Shown piece by piece: positions 37,521-46,981 of a DNA stretch of 64,000 nucleotides. Below the pieces are notes generated by a model. It saw only the letters and a list, made by a program, of their open reading frames with translations, made no database searches and was not told the DNA's origin. Origin of the DNA: Myxococcota bacterium (lineage in GTDB: Bacteria; Myxococcota_A; UBA9160; PR03); contig JBFIML010000016.1 in assembly GCA_041611735.1 (NCBI GenBank), positions 1-64,000 of the forward strand. The letters run 5' to 3'. Position 1 is the stretch's first letter. Every line of letters begins with the position of its first letter. The translations under genes and the position numbers were made by a program.

Positions 37521-40220
37521 ATGGCCACTGCCCCGAAGACCGCAGGCCCCTCGACCCGCGTGGACGACGCCCTCGCCGAGGCCACCCGCCTCGAGCAGGA
37601 TGCCCGCCGCGAGCGCCACTGGAAGCGCTGGGGCCCGTACCTGGCCGAGCGCCAGTGGGCGACCGTACGCGAGGACTACTCGGAGCACGGCGAGGTGTGG
37701 GACGCCTTCCCCCATGACCACGCCCGCAGCCGCGCCTACCGCTGGGGCGAGGACGGGCTGCTGGGCCTGTGCGACCACAAGGGCCGCCTCTGCTTCGCGC
37801 TGGCACTCTGGAACGGGCGCGATCCGATCCTGAAGGAGCGTCTGTTCGGCCTGACGGGGCCCGAGGGCAACCACGGCGAGGACGTGAAGGAGCACTACTT
37901 CTACCTGGACGCGATGCCCACCCATTCCTACGGGAAGGCCCTCTACAAGTATCCCCAGGCGGAGTTCCCCTACGGCCGGCTGGTGGCCGAGAACCGCGGG
38001 CGCAGCAAGGGCGAACGCGAGTTCGAGCTGGAGGACAGCGGCGTCTTCGAGGCCGGGCGCTACTTCGACGTGATCGCCGAGCACGCCAAGGCCAGTCCGG
38101 ACGACCTCTTGATCCGGGTGACCGTGGCGAACCGCGGCCCCGAGGCGGCCCGTCTGGATCTCCTCCCTACGCTCTGGTTCCGCAACACCTGGTCCTGGGG
38201 GCGCACGGGAGAGGGCTATCCGCCCAAGCCGAGCCTCACGGCCGCGGGCGACGCGACCCTGGTGGCCGAGCACGCAGAGCTCGGGCGCTTCCGGCTCCAG
38301 CTCGAGCGCGGGCCGGACGGGAGCCCGCCCGAGCTGCTCTTCACCGAGAACGAGACCAACACGCAGCGCCTGTTCGCCTGGCCGAACGCCACGCCCTTCG
38401 TGAAGGATGCCTTCCATGCCTACGTGGTGGAGGGGCGTCACGAGGCCGTGAACCCGGCGCGCACCGGCACCAAGGCGGTGGGGCGCTACCGGCTGGAGAT
38501 CCCAGCGGGCGCCAGCGTCTCGGTGCGCCTGCGGCTCGCGGCCGAGAGAGAGGTCTCGGAGCGCCCCTTCGACGACTTCGACGCCGTCTTCGCCGCGCGG
38601 CTGCGGGAGGCGGATGCCTGGTACGCGAGCCTGCTGCCGTCCACGCTCGACTCCGAAGCGGCGCGCACCGCGCGCCAGGGTTACGCCGGGCTCCTCTTCA
38701 CCAAGCAGTTCTACCACTACGTGGTCCAGGACTGGCTCGAAGGGGACCCGGCCCAGCCGCCGCCGCCAGCGGGCCGCCGCCACGGCCGCAACCACGAGTG
38801 GGGGCACCTCTACAACCGCGACGTGCTCTCCATGCCGGACAAGTGGGAGTACCCCTGGTTCGCAGCCTGGGACCTGGCCTTCCACATGATCCCGTTCGCG
38901 CGCCTGGACCCGCACTTCGCCAAGCACCAGCTACTGCTGTTCCTGCGCGAGTGGTACCTGCACCCGAACGGCCAGATCCCGGCCTACGAGTTCGCGTTCT
39001 CGGACGTGAACCCGCCCGTGCACGCCTGGGCGGCCTGGCGCACCTACAAGATCGCGGCGGCTCGGGGCAAGCGGGACCGCGCCTTCCTGCGCCGGGTGTT
39101 CGACAAGCTGATCATGAACTTCACCTGGTGGGTGAATCGCAAGGACCCGGATGGCCACAACCTGTTCGCGGGTGGCTTCCTCGGGCTCGACAACATCGGC
39201 GTCTTCGACCGCTCCAAGCCGCTCCCGACCGGTGGGCACCTGGAGCAGGCCGACGGCACCGCCTGGATGGCCTTCTACTGCGGGACCATGCTCTCGATCG
39301 CCCTCGAGCTGGCGCGGGAGGACCCGGTCTACGAGGACATGGCGTCGAAGTTCTTCGAGCACTTCGTCGCCATCGTGGACGCCATCAACACGCTGGGCGG
39401 CAACGGGCTCTGGGACGAGGCGGACGGCTTCTACTACGACCAGCTCCACGTGGACGGCATGCACATCCCGCTCCGCGTCCGCTCGCTGGTCGGCCTGATT
39501 CCGCTCCTGGCAGTGGAGCTCCTGGACGACGCCGCCATCCAGCCCATGAAGGGTTTTCGCTCCCGGATGGAGTGGTTCCTGGCCAACCGACCGGATCTCG
39601 GCCGTCACATCTCCTACTGCACGATGGGCCGCCACGGGCACCGGCTGCTGGCGGTGCCCTCCGAGGACCGCCTGGTGCGGGTGCTTCGCTACCTGCTCGA
39701 CGAGGAGGAGTTCCTCTCGCCCCACGGGATCCGCTCGGTCTCGAAGGTCCACGCCCGGGCCCCCTACGTGTTCCATCTGGACGGCGTCGAGCACCGGGTG
39801 GACTACGAGCCCGGCGAGTCCACCACCGGGATCTTCGGGGGCAACTCGAACTGGCGCGGCCCGATCTGGTTCCCGATCAACTACCTGCTGGTGGAGGCCC
39901 TGGAGCGCTACCACCACTACTACCGGGACGGCCTGCGCGTGGAGTGTCCGACGGGCTCCGGGCGCATGCTGACCCTCCAGGAGGTGGCGCGCGAGATCGC
40001 CTCGCGCCTGGTGGGGATCTTCCTGCCGGACGCGGCGGGCATGCGGCCCTGGCACGGCGAAGACCCGCGCTGGGCCCGCGACCCGCACTGGCGGGAGCTC
40101 CAGCTCTTTCACGAGTACTTCCACGGGGAGACGGGCCGCGGCTGCGGCGCCAGCCACCAGACCGGCTGGACGGCTCTCGTGGTCAAGCTGATCGACGACC
40201 TGGGAAGGGCGAAGGGGTAG
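37521..40220 (+). CDS. GH63 / MGH1-like glucosidase
   Basis: WKRWGPYLAERQWATVREDYS, GNHGEDVKE, MPDKWEYPWFAAWDLAFH, GGNSNWRGPIW and GASHQTGWT. Confidence 0.92.
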   Translation: MATAPKTAGPSTRVDDALAEATRLEQDARRERHWKRWGPYLAERQWATVREDYSEHGEVWDAFPHDHARSRAYRWGEDGLLGLCDHKGRLCFALALWNGRDPILKERLFGLTGPEGNHGEDVKEHYFYLDAMPTHSYGKALYKYPQAEFPYGRLVAENRGRSKGEREFELEDSGVFEAGRYFDVIAEHAKASPDDLLIRVTVANRGPEAARLDLLPTLWFRNTWSWGRTGEGYPPKPSLTAAGDATLVAEHAELGRFRLQLERGPDGSPPELLFTENETNTQRLFAWPNATPFVKDAFHAYVVEGRHEAVNPARTGTKAVGRYRLEIPAGASVSVRLRLAAEREVSERPFDDFDAVFAARLREADAWYASLLPSTLDSEAARTARQGYAGLLFTKQFYHYVVQDWLEGDPAQPPPPAGRRHGRNHEWGHLYNRDVLSMPDKWEYPWFAAWDLAFHMIPFARLDPHFAKHQLLLFLREWYLHPNGQIPAYEFAFSDVNPPVHAWAAWRTYKIAAARGKRDRAFLRRVFDKLIMNFTWWVNRKDPDGHNLFAGGFLGLDNIGVFDRSKPLPTGGHLEQADGTAWMAFYCGTMLSIALELAREDPVYEDMASKFFEHFVAIVDAINTLGGNGLWDEADGFYYDQLHVDGMHIPLRVRSLVGLIPLLAVELLDDAAIQPMKGFRSRMEWFLANRPDLGRHISYCTMGRHGHRLLAVPSEDRLVRVLRYLLDEEEFLSPHGIRSVSKVHARAPYVFHLDGVEHRVDYEPGESTTGIFGGNSNWRGPIWFPINYLLVEALERYHHYYRDGLRVECPTGSGRMLTLQEVAREIASRLVGIFLPDAAGMRPWHGEDPRWARDPHWRELQLFHEYFHGETGRGCGASHQTGWTALVVKLIDDLGRAKG

Positions 40221-40264
40221 GGCGTCGGGTCCCTGCGCCATGGCACCGCCGAGCGCCTCGGCAG

Positions 40265-40522
40265 CTAGCGTCTGGCGGGCAGCGCCTCGAGGATGGCGCG
40301 CACCAGCTCCGGGGGCGCGTCCGCGGGCGGGGGCCCGTCCGGATCCGTGAAGGCGGCCTTCCCGAGCCGGATCGTCTCCCGATAGCTGGCCAGGTAGTCC
40401 ACGCACCAGGGGCAGATGGACAGGTGGCTCTCGAACACCTCCCGCTCGTCCGCGGGCAGCTCCTCCTCCAGGTAGGCGTCCAGGAACTCGATGAAGTCGC
40501 GGCAGGTAAGGGTGCGGCTCAT
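40265..40522 (-). CDS. zf-HC2 (ZAS) soluble anti-sigma factor
   Basis: TCRDFIEFLDAYL..FESHLSICPWC (C...HxxxCxxC). No TM helix. Confidence 0.88.
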   Translation of the reverse strand: MSRTLTCRDFIEFLDAYLEEELPADEREVFESHLSICPWCVDYLASYRETIRLGKAAFTDPDGPPPADAPPELVRAILEALPARR

Positions 40523-41118
40523 GTCAGCGCTTCCCGGAGGTGCGGGTCGAGCAGGCTGCGCAGCGCCTGCCTCGCCCGGTGCAGGCGCGTCTTCACCGCG
40601 TCCGGCTTGATGCCGAGAGCCAGGGCCGTCTCCTCCGTATCCAGCTCTTCGATGTCGCGGAGCAGCAAGACGGTACGGTAGCTCTCGGGCAGGCGGTCGA
40701 GGGCCTCCCGGACCCGGGCCATGAGCTCCCGTTGCTCCACGTGCGCCTCGGGCGGGAGCGCCCAGGCCGGCCCGGGGTCGGCCCGGTGGCCGTCCTCCCG
40801 GAAGCAAGGCAGGAGCGGCTCGAGGGGCTCCTCGCGGCGGCGGCGCCGGGAGCGAAGCCGCATCAAGGCGGCGTTCACCACGATCCGGTGCAGCCAGGTG
40901 GAGAGGCGCGCCTCGCCGTGGAAGCCCTCCAGGGCCTCGTAGGCGTGCAGGAAGGCCTCCTGCACCGCGTCCCGGGCGTCCTCCTCGGAGCGCAGGATGC
41001 GCTGGGCCACCGCCAGCAGCCGGCCCGCCTGGCTCCGCACCAGCTTCTCGTAGGCGATCGGGTCGCCCTGGCGCAGGCGATCCAGGAAGGGCTTCTCGTC
41101 CTCGAAGGCGAGTCCCAT
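40519..41118 (-). CDS. ECF RNA polymerase sigma factor
   Basis: DARDAVQEAF, STWLHRIVVN, LPESYRTVLLLRD and AVKTRLHRAR. The start may instead be 41154. Confidence 0.92.
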   Translation of the reverse strand: MGLAFEDEKPFLDRLRQGDPIAYEKLVRSQAGRLLAVAQRILRSEEDARDAVQEAFLHAYEALEGFHGEARLSTWLHRIVVNAALMRLRSRRRRREEPLEPLLPCFREDGHRADPGPAWALPPEAHVEQRELMARVREALDRLPESYRTVLLLRDIEELDTEETALALGIKPDAVKTRLHRARQALRSLLDPHLREALT

Positions 41119-41415
41119 GGCCGGGCTCTCCCTGGTCGCAGCCCCGGCGGCCATCCCGACGCGGGACCGCAAGCCATGATACTCCCGGGGGCTCGGTCCT
41201 GGCTAGAGGCCCGGCGGAACGTCCGGCGGGCTCCGCACGCCGCAAGGCCTCGTGGAGGCGCACGCCCGAGCCGTGGAGCAGCCTCCCAGCCACACCGGGC
41301 GCGCCCTCGAGACGCAGCCAGGCGGCACCCGGTGCTGCACGCGTGTCTCCCATGCTCGATGGCCAGCACGCGGCCTTCGGGGGCAGCAGGTCTGGCCCTC
41401 TCAGCCGGAGAGCCC

Positions 41416-41424
41416 TGCTAGAGT
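41416..41424 (+). promoter_or_regulatory. Extended -10 element, probably giving a leaderless transcript
   Basis: TG-C-TAGAGT, 7 nt before ATG 41432, with no RBS. Confidence 0.4.
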
Positions 41425-41431
41425 CGCGGTC

Positions 41432-41737
41432 ATGGTGCTCGAAGTGGCGATGCTGGACGTTCGTCCGGGTGAGTCCGAAGCGTTCGAAGTGGCCTTCCTC
41501 GAGGCGCAGCAGATCCTCTCCGCTAGCCTGGGTTACCAGCGACATGAACTCCGGCGTTGCCTCGAAGCCGGTGACCGATACCTCCTGCTTGTCTGGTGGA
41601 GCTCTCTGGAGAGCCATACGAAGGGGTTCAGGCAATCGCCCGAGTACCAGCGCTGGAGTGACCTCCTCCATCCCTTCTATGACCCGTTCCCAACGGTGGA
41701 GCACTATGTCGGGGTGCCGGGGGCTGCCCCTGACTGA
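41432..41737 (+). CDS. Antibiotic biosynthesis monooxygenase (ABM) family protein
   Basis: MVLEVAMLDVRPG..FE.AF, YLLLVWW.SLESH..GFR.S and FYDPFPTVEHY. Confidence 0.9.
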   Translation: MVLEVAMLDVRPGESEAFEVAFLEAQQILSASLGYQRHELRRCLEAGDRYLLLVWWSSLESHTKGFRQSPEYQRWSDLLHPFYDPFPTVEHYVGVPGAAPD

Positions 41738-41847
41738 CAAGGCCCCAGTGGCCCGGGGCTGCGCCAAGGCCGACTCCGAGACGCCGAGCCCCGGGCTCGA
41801 GCCCCGCCCGGCAGGCTGCGTCGCGACACTTGGCGAGGAGGTCACCC

Positions 41848-42243
41848 ATGGTCCGCAATCGCGAGGCAATGCTCCGGATCGCGCTGATCGCCTTCGGAGT
41901 CGCCTTCCTCCTGGTGTATCCACTCATGATCGTTTGGCCCTCGGGCTGGGCCTGGCAGCCCAGCCAGCATGAGTACGAACAGATGATCGTGGGCATCTAT
42001 GCGACGCTCGGAATCTTCCTCCTGTGGGCTTCGCGCAAGCCCGAGGCACACCTGAGTCTCATCTGGTTTACGGCTTGGTCCAGCCTCGTCCATGGGGGCA
42101 TCATGGCGGTCCAAGCGCTCGTGGATCCTGCCGAACGCGGCCACTTGCCCGGAGACGTGGCAGCCCTACTTCTGGTAGCAATCGTTCTCGCCGTGCTCAC
42201 TCCTCGCGGAGTGGTTGCGCACGCCGTTCGGGACGCCGCCTGA
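41848..42243 (+). CDS. Small membrane protein (DUF6632-like)
   Basis: WPSGWAW..YEQMIVGIYATLG..HLSLIWFT.WSSLVHG. GAGGAGG RBS. Confidence 0.75.
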   Translation: MVRNREAMLRIALIAFGVAFLLVYPLMIVWPSGWAWQPSQHEYEQMIVGIYATLGIFLLWASRKPEAHLSLIWFTAWSSLVHGGIMAVQALVDPAERGHLPGDVAALLLVAIVLAVLTPRGVVAHAVRDAA

Positions 42244-42431
42244 CAGGGGGGAGCACGAACCGGCCGAAGCGGACCGCCGGATTGCCACGTTCTCGGCATC
42301 TCCTTCTTCAGGCATGCTCGCGGTCCGGGAGCCTCCGCTGAATGAGGTAGGCGCCGAGTCCACTTCGCGATCCCTGCCCCGCAAAGCTCAGAGGGTTCGA
42401 AGCGTGGGCCGCAAGCCATCCTTCACGTGGA

Positions 42432-42731
42432 ATGAGAAGCCTGCCCCGAGTCATCATCGCATTGCTGCCCCTCGCCCTGGTGCCCGTACTGGTGCACCTG
42501 ATTGCCAGCGGCCGACTCGATCTCGGCGGGGGCGAAAAGGATCTCGTGTGGGTGCTTCCCTGGCTCCTCTGGTCTCTCCTGTTTGCGGCGAGTTCCTTGG
42601 TTCTGTGGCGCCGTGGTTGGTCGCTGTCAAGCTCACTGCTTGGGTCGTCGCTCGTTGGTCTCGCCGGCGTTCTGGTGGCAGGCATACTCTTGGCGGCCCT
42701 CGGGCAGCTCGGCGTGGCCGGCCGTTTCTAG
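42432..42731 (+). CDS. Hypothetical 3-TM membrane protein
   Basis: 99 aa with three hydrophobic helices and a LDLGGGEKD loop. Confidence 0.6.
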   Translation: MRSLPRVIIALLPLALVPVLVHLIASGRLDLGGGEKDLVWVLPWLLWSLLFAASSLVLWRRGWSLSSSLLGSSLVGLAGVLVAGILLAALGQLGVAGRF

Positions 42732-42935
42732 ACCGGCTTCACGCTGGCCGCCGCTACATCCAGCGAGCTACAGCCCTTTCGAATCGATCCGGGATGGCGT
42801 TCGGCACGAGACGTCGGCGATTGGAACCCTCCGAGGCGCTTCGCTTCGCGAGTGGGTTGCTCAGCAGTGATCTCGCCATGCCTGCGGGCGCGGCGCTCAG
42901 CGAGATGGGCCGGCTGAGAAGCCGCTCCGGCTTGT
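42728..42935 (+). repeat. Degenerate attC-like hairpin repeat, copy C
   Basis: Inverted ends CGGCTTC (42734-42740) / GAAGCCG (42918-42924). Internal ATCCGGGATGG-CGTTC and GGCGCTCAGCG..GGGC.CGGCTGAG match copy B. Confidence 0.45.
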
Positions 42936-43039
42936 CGACCTCGGCACGCCCTCATCGCAGCGTGGTAGGTGCCTGGCGACGGGACTCGGACGCGGGGAGG
43001 TCATCTCGCACGTCGGCGATCCTGTAGTATCTCGGGACC

Positions 43040-43951
43040 ATGGCGAACCGGGCCGATCTTCCCTCCACCGATGGAATCACCAGAGTCGGGGAAGCATGGG
43101 TTCACTGCCGGCGGGGTGGAAGCGGACCCGCGGTCGTCCTCCTGCATGGTTTCCCCTTGTCGGGGCACACCTGGGACAAAGTGGTCTTGCAACTTCGAGA
43201 TCGCTTCACCTGCTATACACCGGACCTCATCGGGTTGGGAGAATCGCACAGCACGGCCGCTGACGATTATTCCTCGCAAGGACAAGCCCGGGCTCTCCGC
43301 GGAACGCTGCTGCAGCTCGGCATCGAGTCCTATGCGCTCGTGGGCAACGACACGGGCGGTTGGATTGCTCGCGAACTCGCTCTGATCGACAAAGAACGGA
43401 TATCGCGCCTAGTTCTGACGAACACCGAGATTCCGTTCCATCGGCCGCCCTGGATCCCGATGTACCAGACTCTGGCCCACGTCCCCGGGCTGAGGGGCAT
43501 GATCCGGAACTTGCTGAGGGTCCCGGCGCTTCGCAGATCGTCGCTTGTCTTCGGGGGCTGCTTTTACGATCTGACTCACCTGGAGGGTGAGTTCCAGGGA
43601 CGCTTCGTCGAACCCTTGATTCGGACCGAGGCTCGGATGGAGGGTGCACTGCAGTTCTTGAGACGCATGAAGTTCTCGAGGCTCGACGAATTCCATCACC
43701 TGCACCAGCAGCTGACGCTTCCGACACTCTTCGTTTGGGGAGCGGACGACCCGACGTTTCCAGAGTCGAGGGCTCGAGAGATGGCCCGGCAGTTCCCGAA
43801 CGTGGCAGGGTTCCACTTGGTGAAGAACGCGAAACTCCTCGTCCACGAAGAGCACCCGCAGGAGGTGGCTCGGCACATCGAGCGATTCCTGGGCGAGCCC
43901 GGCCCTGGCCGGGGTCCCGAGATGGGCTCGAGTGCGAAGGCCTTGCAATAG
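43040..43951 (+). CDS. Alpha/beta hydrolase with Asp nucleophile (haloalkane dehalogenase/epoxide hydrolase-like)
   Basis: LLHGFP, PDLIGLGES, VGNDTGG and WGADD. Confidence 0.85.
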   Translation: MANRADLPSTDGITRVGEAWVHCRRGGSGPAVVLLHGFPLSGHTWDKVVLQLRDRFTCYTPDLIGLGESHSTAADDYSSQGQARALRGTLLQLGIESYALVGNDTGGWIARELALIDKERISRLVLTNTEIPFHRPPWIPMYQTLAHVPGLRGMIRNLLRVPALRRSSLVFGGCFYDLTHLEGEFQGRFVEPLIRTEARMEGALQFLRRMKFSRLDEFHHLHQQLTLPTLFVWGADDPTFPESRAREMARQFPNVAGFHLVKNAKLLVHEEHPQEVARHIERFLGEPGPGRGPEMGSSAKALQ

Positions 43952-44074
43952 GGCGCTGGGGCTGCCGCCGCGCTGCCGTCCAGTGAGGTCTGGTAGCGTC
44001 TTGGTATCGGGCTCGGGGGGTTTCGCGCAGGCGGTCAGTGGGCGAGGCACAGCCTGGCCCCCGGTGCGTCGGGC
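43944..44074 (+). repeat. Degenerate attC-like hairpin repeat, copy A
   Basis: Begins at the stop codon (CAATAGGGCGCTGGGGCTG) and ends CAGCCTGGCCCCCGGTGCGTCGGGC, close to GTTRRRY. The middle aligns with copy B. Confidence 0.5.
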
Positions 44075-44122
44075 AGAGACTGCTCCCATCCCCATCGTCC
44101 AGGCCGAGGCTCAGGAGTACGT

Positions 44123-44818
44123 ATGGAACTGGATATGTCTCTCGAGGAGGCGATGCGAACTCAGCGATCGATCCGCCGCGTCAGACCAGACCCCGTGGAT
44201 GATGCTCTGGTTCTACATCTGCTCGAACTCGCTCTCAAGGCCCCTTCGGGCGGCAATCGCCAGAACGCTGAATTCGTGGTCGTCCGGGATCCCGAGGTGA
44301 AAAGGGGGCTCGCTCGTCTGAATCGCGTGGCGTGGAGCACATACGGTCGGATCTGGAAGTTCTTCGCCAGGAGCGATCCGAAGACGCTCCGCACCATGAA
44401 GGCGGTAGATTGGGAGGCGGATCACTACGAGGAGATTCCCGTGGTGATCGTCGCATGCCTGCGCTGGACCGCGTACGGTCCCATCGTCAGCGGATGGCGA
44501 CCGCCATTCCCTCCATTCCTCGGGGGCATCTACTACGGCTCCATCTTCCCCGCGGTCCAGAACCTGCTGCTCGGCGCCCGAGCCGCGGGACTCGGGGCCT
44601 CCCTCACCGTGATGCCTCTCTGGAGCGTTTCATTGGCCCGGCGAGTCCTGAAGCTTCCGCTGTGGGTATCCCCGGTAGCGGCGATCCCGATCGGCTGGCC
44701 TCTCGGGCGCTACGGTCCGACCACTCGCAGGCCTGTGGGTGACGCCGTGCATTTCGACCGATACGGCGACCGTCCGTATCGTGGGAGGACCGCCAAGTCC
44801 GTCGAGTCTGCCGCGTGA
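44123..44818 (+). CDS. Nitroreductase family protein
   Basis: MRTQRSIRR, APSGGNRQ, SIFPAVQNLLL.ARA.GLG and IPIGWP..YGPTTRRP. Confidence 0.9.
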   Translation: MELDMSLEEAMRTQRSIRRVRPDPVDDALVLHLLELALKAPSGGNRQNAEFVVVRDPEVKRGLARLNRVAWSTYGRIWKFFARSDPKTLRTMKAVDWEADHYEEIPVVIVACLRWTAYGPIVSGWRPPFPPFLGGIYYGSIFPAVQNLLLGARAAGLGASLTVMPLWSVSLARRVLKLPLWVSPVAAIPIGWPLGRYGPTTRRPVGDAVHFDRYGDRPYRGRTAKSVESAA

Positions 44819-44956
44819 CAAGGCGCCCCAGCACGCTGCTGTGGTCATCGCGGGCTCCAGCGCATCCGGGTTGGTACCGTTCTGGCGCGGAGGCTCGAAG
44901 GCCGTGGCGTTGGCGGTCAGCGCCGGGGGCGCGGCTGAGCGCCCGATCCAGTGGAC
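44813..44956 (+). repeat. Degenerate attC-like hairpin repeat, copy B
   Basis: Begins at the stop codon (GTGACAAGGCGCCCCAGC). GGCGCCCCAGC (44822-44832) pairs with GCTGAGCGCC (44934-44943) with one bulge and one mismatch. Ends CGATCCAGTGGAC. Confidence 0.55.
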
Positions 44957-44978
44957 GGAACCACAGAAGTCCTTCCGA

Positions 44979-45869
44979 ATGGGGGGAAACGCGGTGATCC
45001 AGGACTATCGGGTGTCCGAACGGCCGGCATGGCACTTGATCGCACAGGAGACCCTTGGCATCGCCGCGGTGGCCGCGCTGTTCCCTTTCGGAATCAAACG
45101 GTCGCATCGCCGCACGGCCCGCCGACGGGATCAGAGGACCGTCGTTCTCGTCCACGGCTACCTCGCGAATCGGTCGACGCTATTCCCGATAGCTGCGTAC
45201 CTTCGTTTCCGGGGCGTCGAGCAGGTGCTTACCTTCAACTACAGTTCCAGCGCCGGGGTCGAGCAAGCCGCGCTTACGCTGCGTGAGTACCTGCGGCGGC
45301 ACGTGCGCGGTGGCCGCATCGATCTCGTTTGCCATAGCCTGGGGGGGCTCGTGGCCCGGGTCTACATCCAGGAACTGGGTGGCGCGCGTCGCGTCGATCG
45401 GTGTGTGACCCTTGGTACGCCTCATCGCGGCACCTACAATTCCTATTGGCTCAATTCACGCGTTGGGAGCGAGCTTCGACCCGATTCTGCTCTCCTTTCC
45501 CGTCTCCATGGCTCCCGAGCGAGGGCTTCAAGCGTACGCTTTCTCTCGTTGGTCGCTGGCTCCGACAACCTGGTCGTTCCCCGTGTCTTTGCGAGTCACG
45601 AGCAGGAGATTCACGTCCCCGACCTCGGGCACGTCTCGATGCTCTTCTCGCCGCGGGTTCTCGGTATGGTCGCGGACCATCTCGTCACACCCGAGGCAAC
45701 GAGAGGCGTGCTCGAGCGGTCACCGGGGCGGGCTTGGGGGCTTGCCGATGCCTGGTCCCGTATGGGCGCCGTCGCTGGACGGACGTTCGCATCGCTCTGG
45801 CGGACGCGGCATCGAGGGTTCGATGCGCAGCGGACCGTCGGGGGGGAGGCGAGGGCTCGAGCGTTGTAG
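44979..45869 (+). CDS. Lipase/esterase-type alpha/beta hydrolase
   Basis: VLVHGY, CHSLGG, LGTPHRGT, D in SDNLVVP and H in LGH. Start approximate. Confidence 0.85.
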   Translation: MGGNAVIQDYRVSERPAWHLIAQETLGIAAVAALFPFGIKRSHRRTARRRDQRTVVLVHGYLANRSTLFPIAAYLRFRGVEQVLTFNYSSSAGVEQAALTLREYLRRHVRGGRIDLVCHSLGGLVARVYIQELGGARRVDRCVTLGTPHRGTYNSYWLNSRVGSELRPDSALLSRLHGSRARASSVRFLSLVAGSDNLVVPRVFASHEQEIHVPDLGHVSMLFSPRVLGMVADHLVTPEATRGVLERSPGRAWGLADAWSRMGAVAGRTFASLWRTRHRGFDAQRTVGGEARARAL

Positions 45870-45925
45870 AAGCGACCCGTCAGCCAGGGGCTTGACAGCA
45901 CGGCCTACATGGAAAGTGGCGTGAC

Positions 45926-46153
45926 GTGAGACGAGTTCTGCTGCTGTCGATCCTGGTCGGGGCCGCCCCGGCTCTCGCGGGTGCTCACGATGCGGCCCTG
46001 CGGATCGAGGCGGTACGGATCGGCAGCGTAGCATTCTTCGGGGTGCCGCGGAGAACATGCGGCGCGGAGACGGTGCTCGAGAAGGGTTCCTTCTACCAGG
46101 TTCGGGCTTCCGGTCTCGTCGTGGCGGGTAGCGCAAAGCGTCTGGTCCACTAG
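45926..46153 (+). CDS. Possible small secreted protein or gene remnant
   Basis: 75-aa ORF starting with a signal-peptide-like MRRVLLLSILVGAAPALA. No family recognised. Confidence 0.3.
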   Translation: MRRVLLLSILVGAAPALAGAHDAALRIEAVRIGSVAFFGVPRRTCGAETVLEKGSFYQVRASGLVVAGSAKRLVH

Positions 46154-46261
46154 GAGTACGCGAGTGGATGTCGGGTGCCTCGATTCCGGACGCTAGGACG
46201 CACCGATGCCGGGTGTGGAGGATCGTGGCGACGGAGCCGCAAACGGGGCCTCGGCGGGGAG

Positions 46262-46981
46262 TCAGGCTGCAGGGCGAGCCAGGGACTCGTGCACGAGGAT
46301 GCGGTGGCAGGACTCGCAGGTCACCAGCACCCGACCGGAGCGCAGGTCCACGCCGCTCTGGGGCGGGATCCGGATCTGGCAGCCGGGGCAGGAGCTGCCG
46401 GAGACCACCACGGTGGCCGGGCGCCGGTGGGAGGCCACCCGCTCGTACTGCTCCAGGATGACGCCGTCCAGCTGGCCGGCCCGCTCGGCCCGGGCCTCCC
46501 GCACGCGCCCCAACTGCTCGGCCAGCTCGGCATCGCGGGCGTCGAGGCCGCGCCGCTCCTCCTCGGCCCGCGCCTCTGCCTGCTTCGCCTGCGCCGCGAG
46601 GCGGGCCAGCTCCTGCTGTCCGGCCTCTACGCGCTCCATCAGCTCGAGGATCTCGGTCTCGTGGCGCGACTTGGCCTGGCGCGCCGCCGACATCTCGTGG
46701 AGCAGGGCCTGGTAGGCGGCCTTGCTGGTGACCTCGTACTGCTGGACGTCGAGCCGGGTGAGGACAGCCTCGGTGTCGGCCAGGGCGCGCTCGAGCTCCC
46801 GCTCCCGGTGCTGATCGGCGGCAATCGTCTGCTGTAGCGTGTCCATGGCCGCCACGCGCTCGGCGCGTTGCTGGGCGAGGGCCTCCCGCCGCCGGGGCAG
46901 CTCCGTCTGCTCGCCCTCGAGCCGAGCCAGCCGGGCATCCAGCTCCTCGAGACCGAGGAGGCGCTGCAGGATCTCCCTCAC
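46262..46981 (-). CDS. Coiled-coil protein with C4-type zinc ribbon (zf-RING_7; CT398/HP0958-like)
   Basis: LQRLLGLEELD long coiled coil, YERV and CPGC..IPPQ..CESCHRIL. Confidence 0.9.
   Translation of the reverse strand: MREILQRLLGLEELDARLARLEGEQTELPRRREALAQQRAERVAAMDTLQQTIAADQHRERELERALADTEAVLTRLDVQQYEVTSKAAYQALLHEMSAARQAKSRHETEILELMERVEAGQQELARLAAQAKQAEARAEEERRGLDARDAELAEQLGRVREARAERAGQLDGVILEQYERVASHRRPATVVVSGSSCPGCQIRIPPQSGVDLRSGRVLVTCESCHRILVHESLARPAA

Noticed and set aside
42244-42431. Spacer as another attC-like copy; CCGCAAGCCAT also occurs at 41167
   Set aside because: No convincing alignment to copies A-C, and an 11-mer repeat is plausible by chance.
46154-46261. RNase P RNA, often found downstream of zf-RING_7 genes
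   Set aside because: The gap is too short and lacks rnpB conserved motifs.
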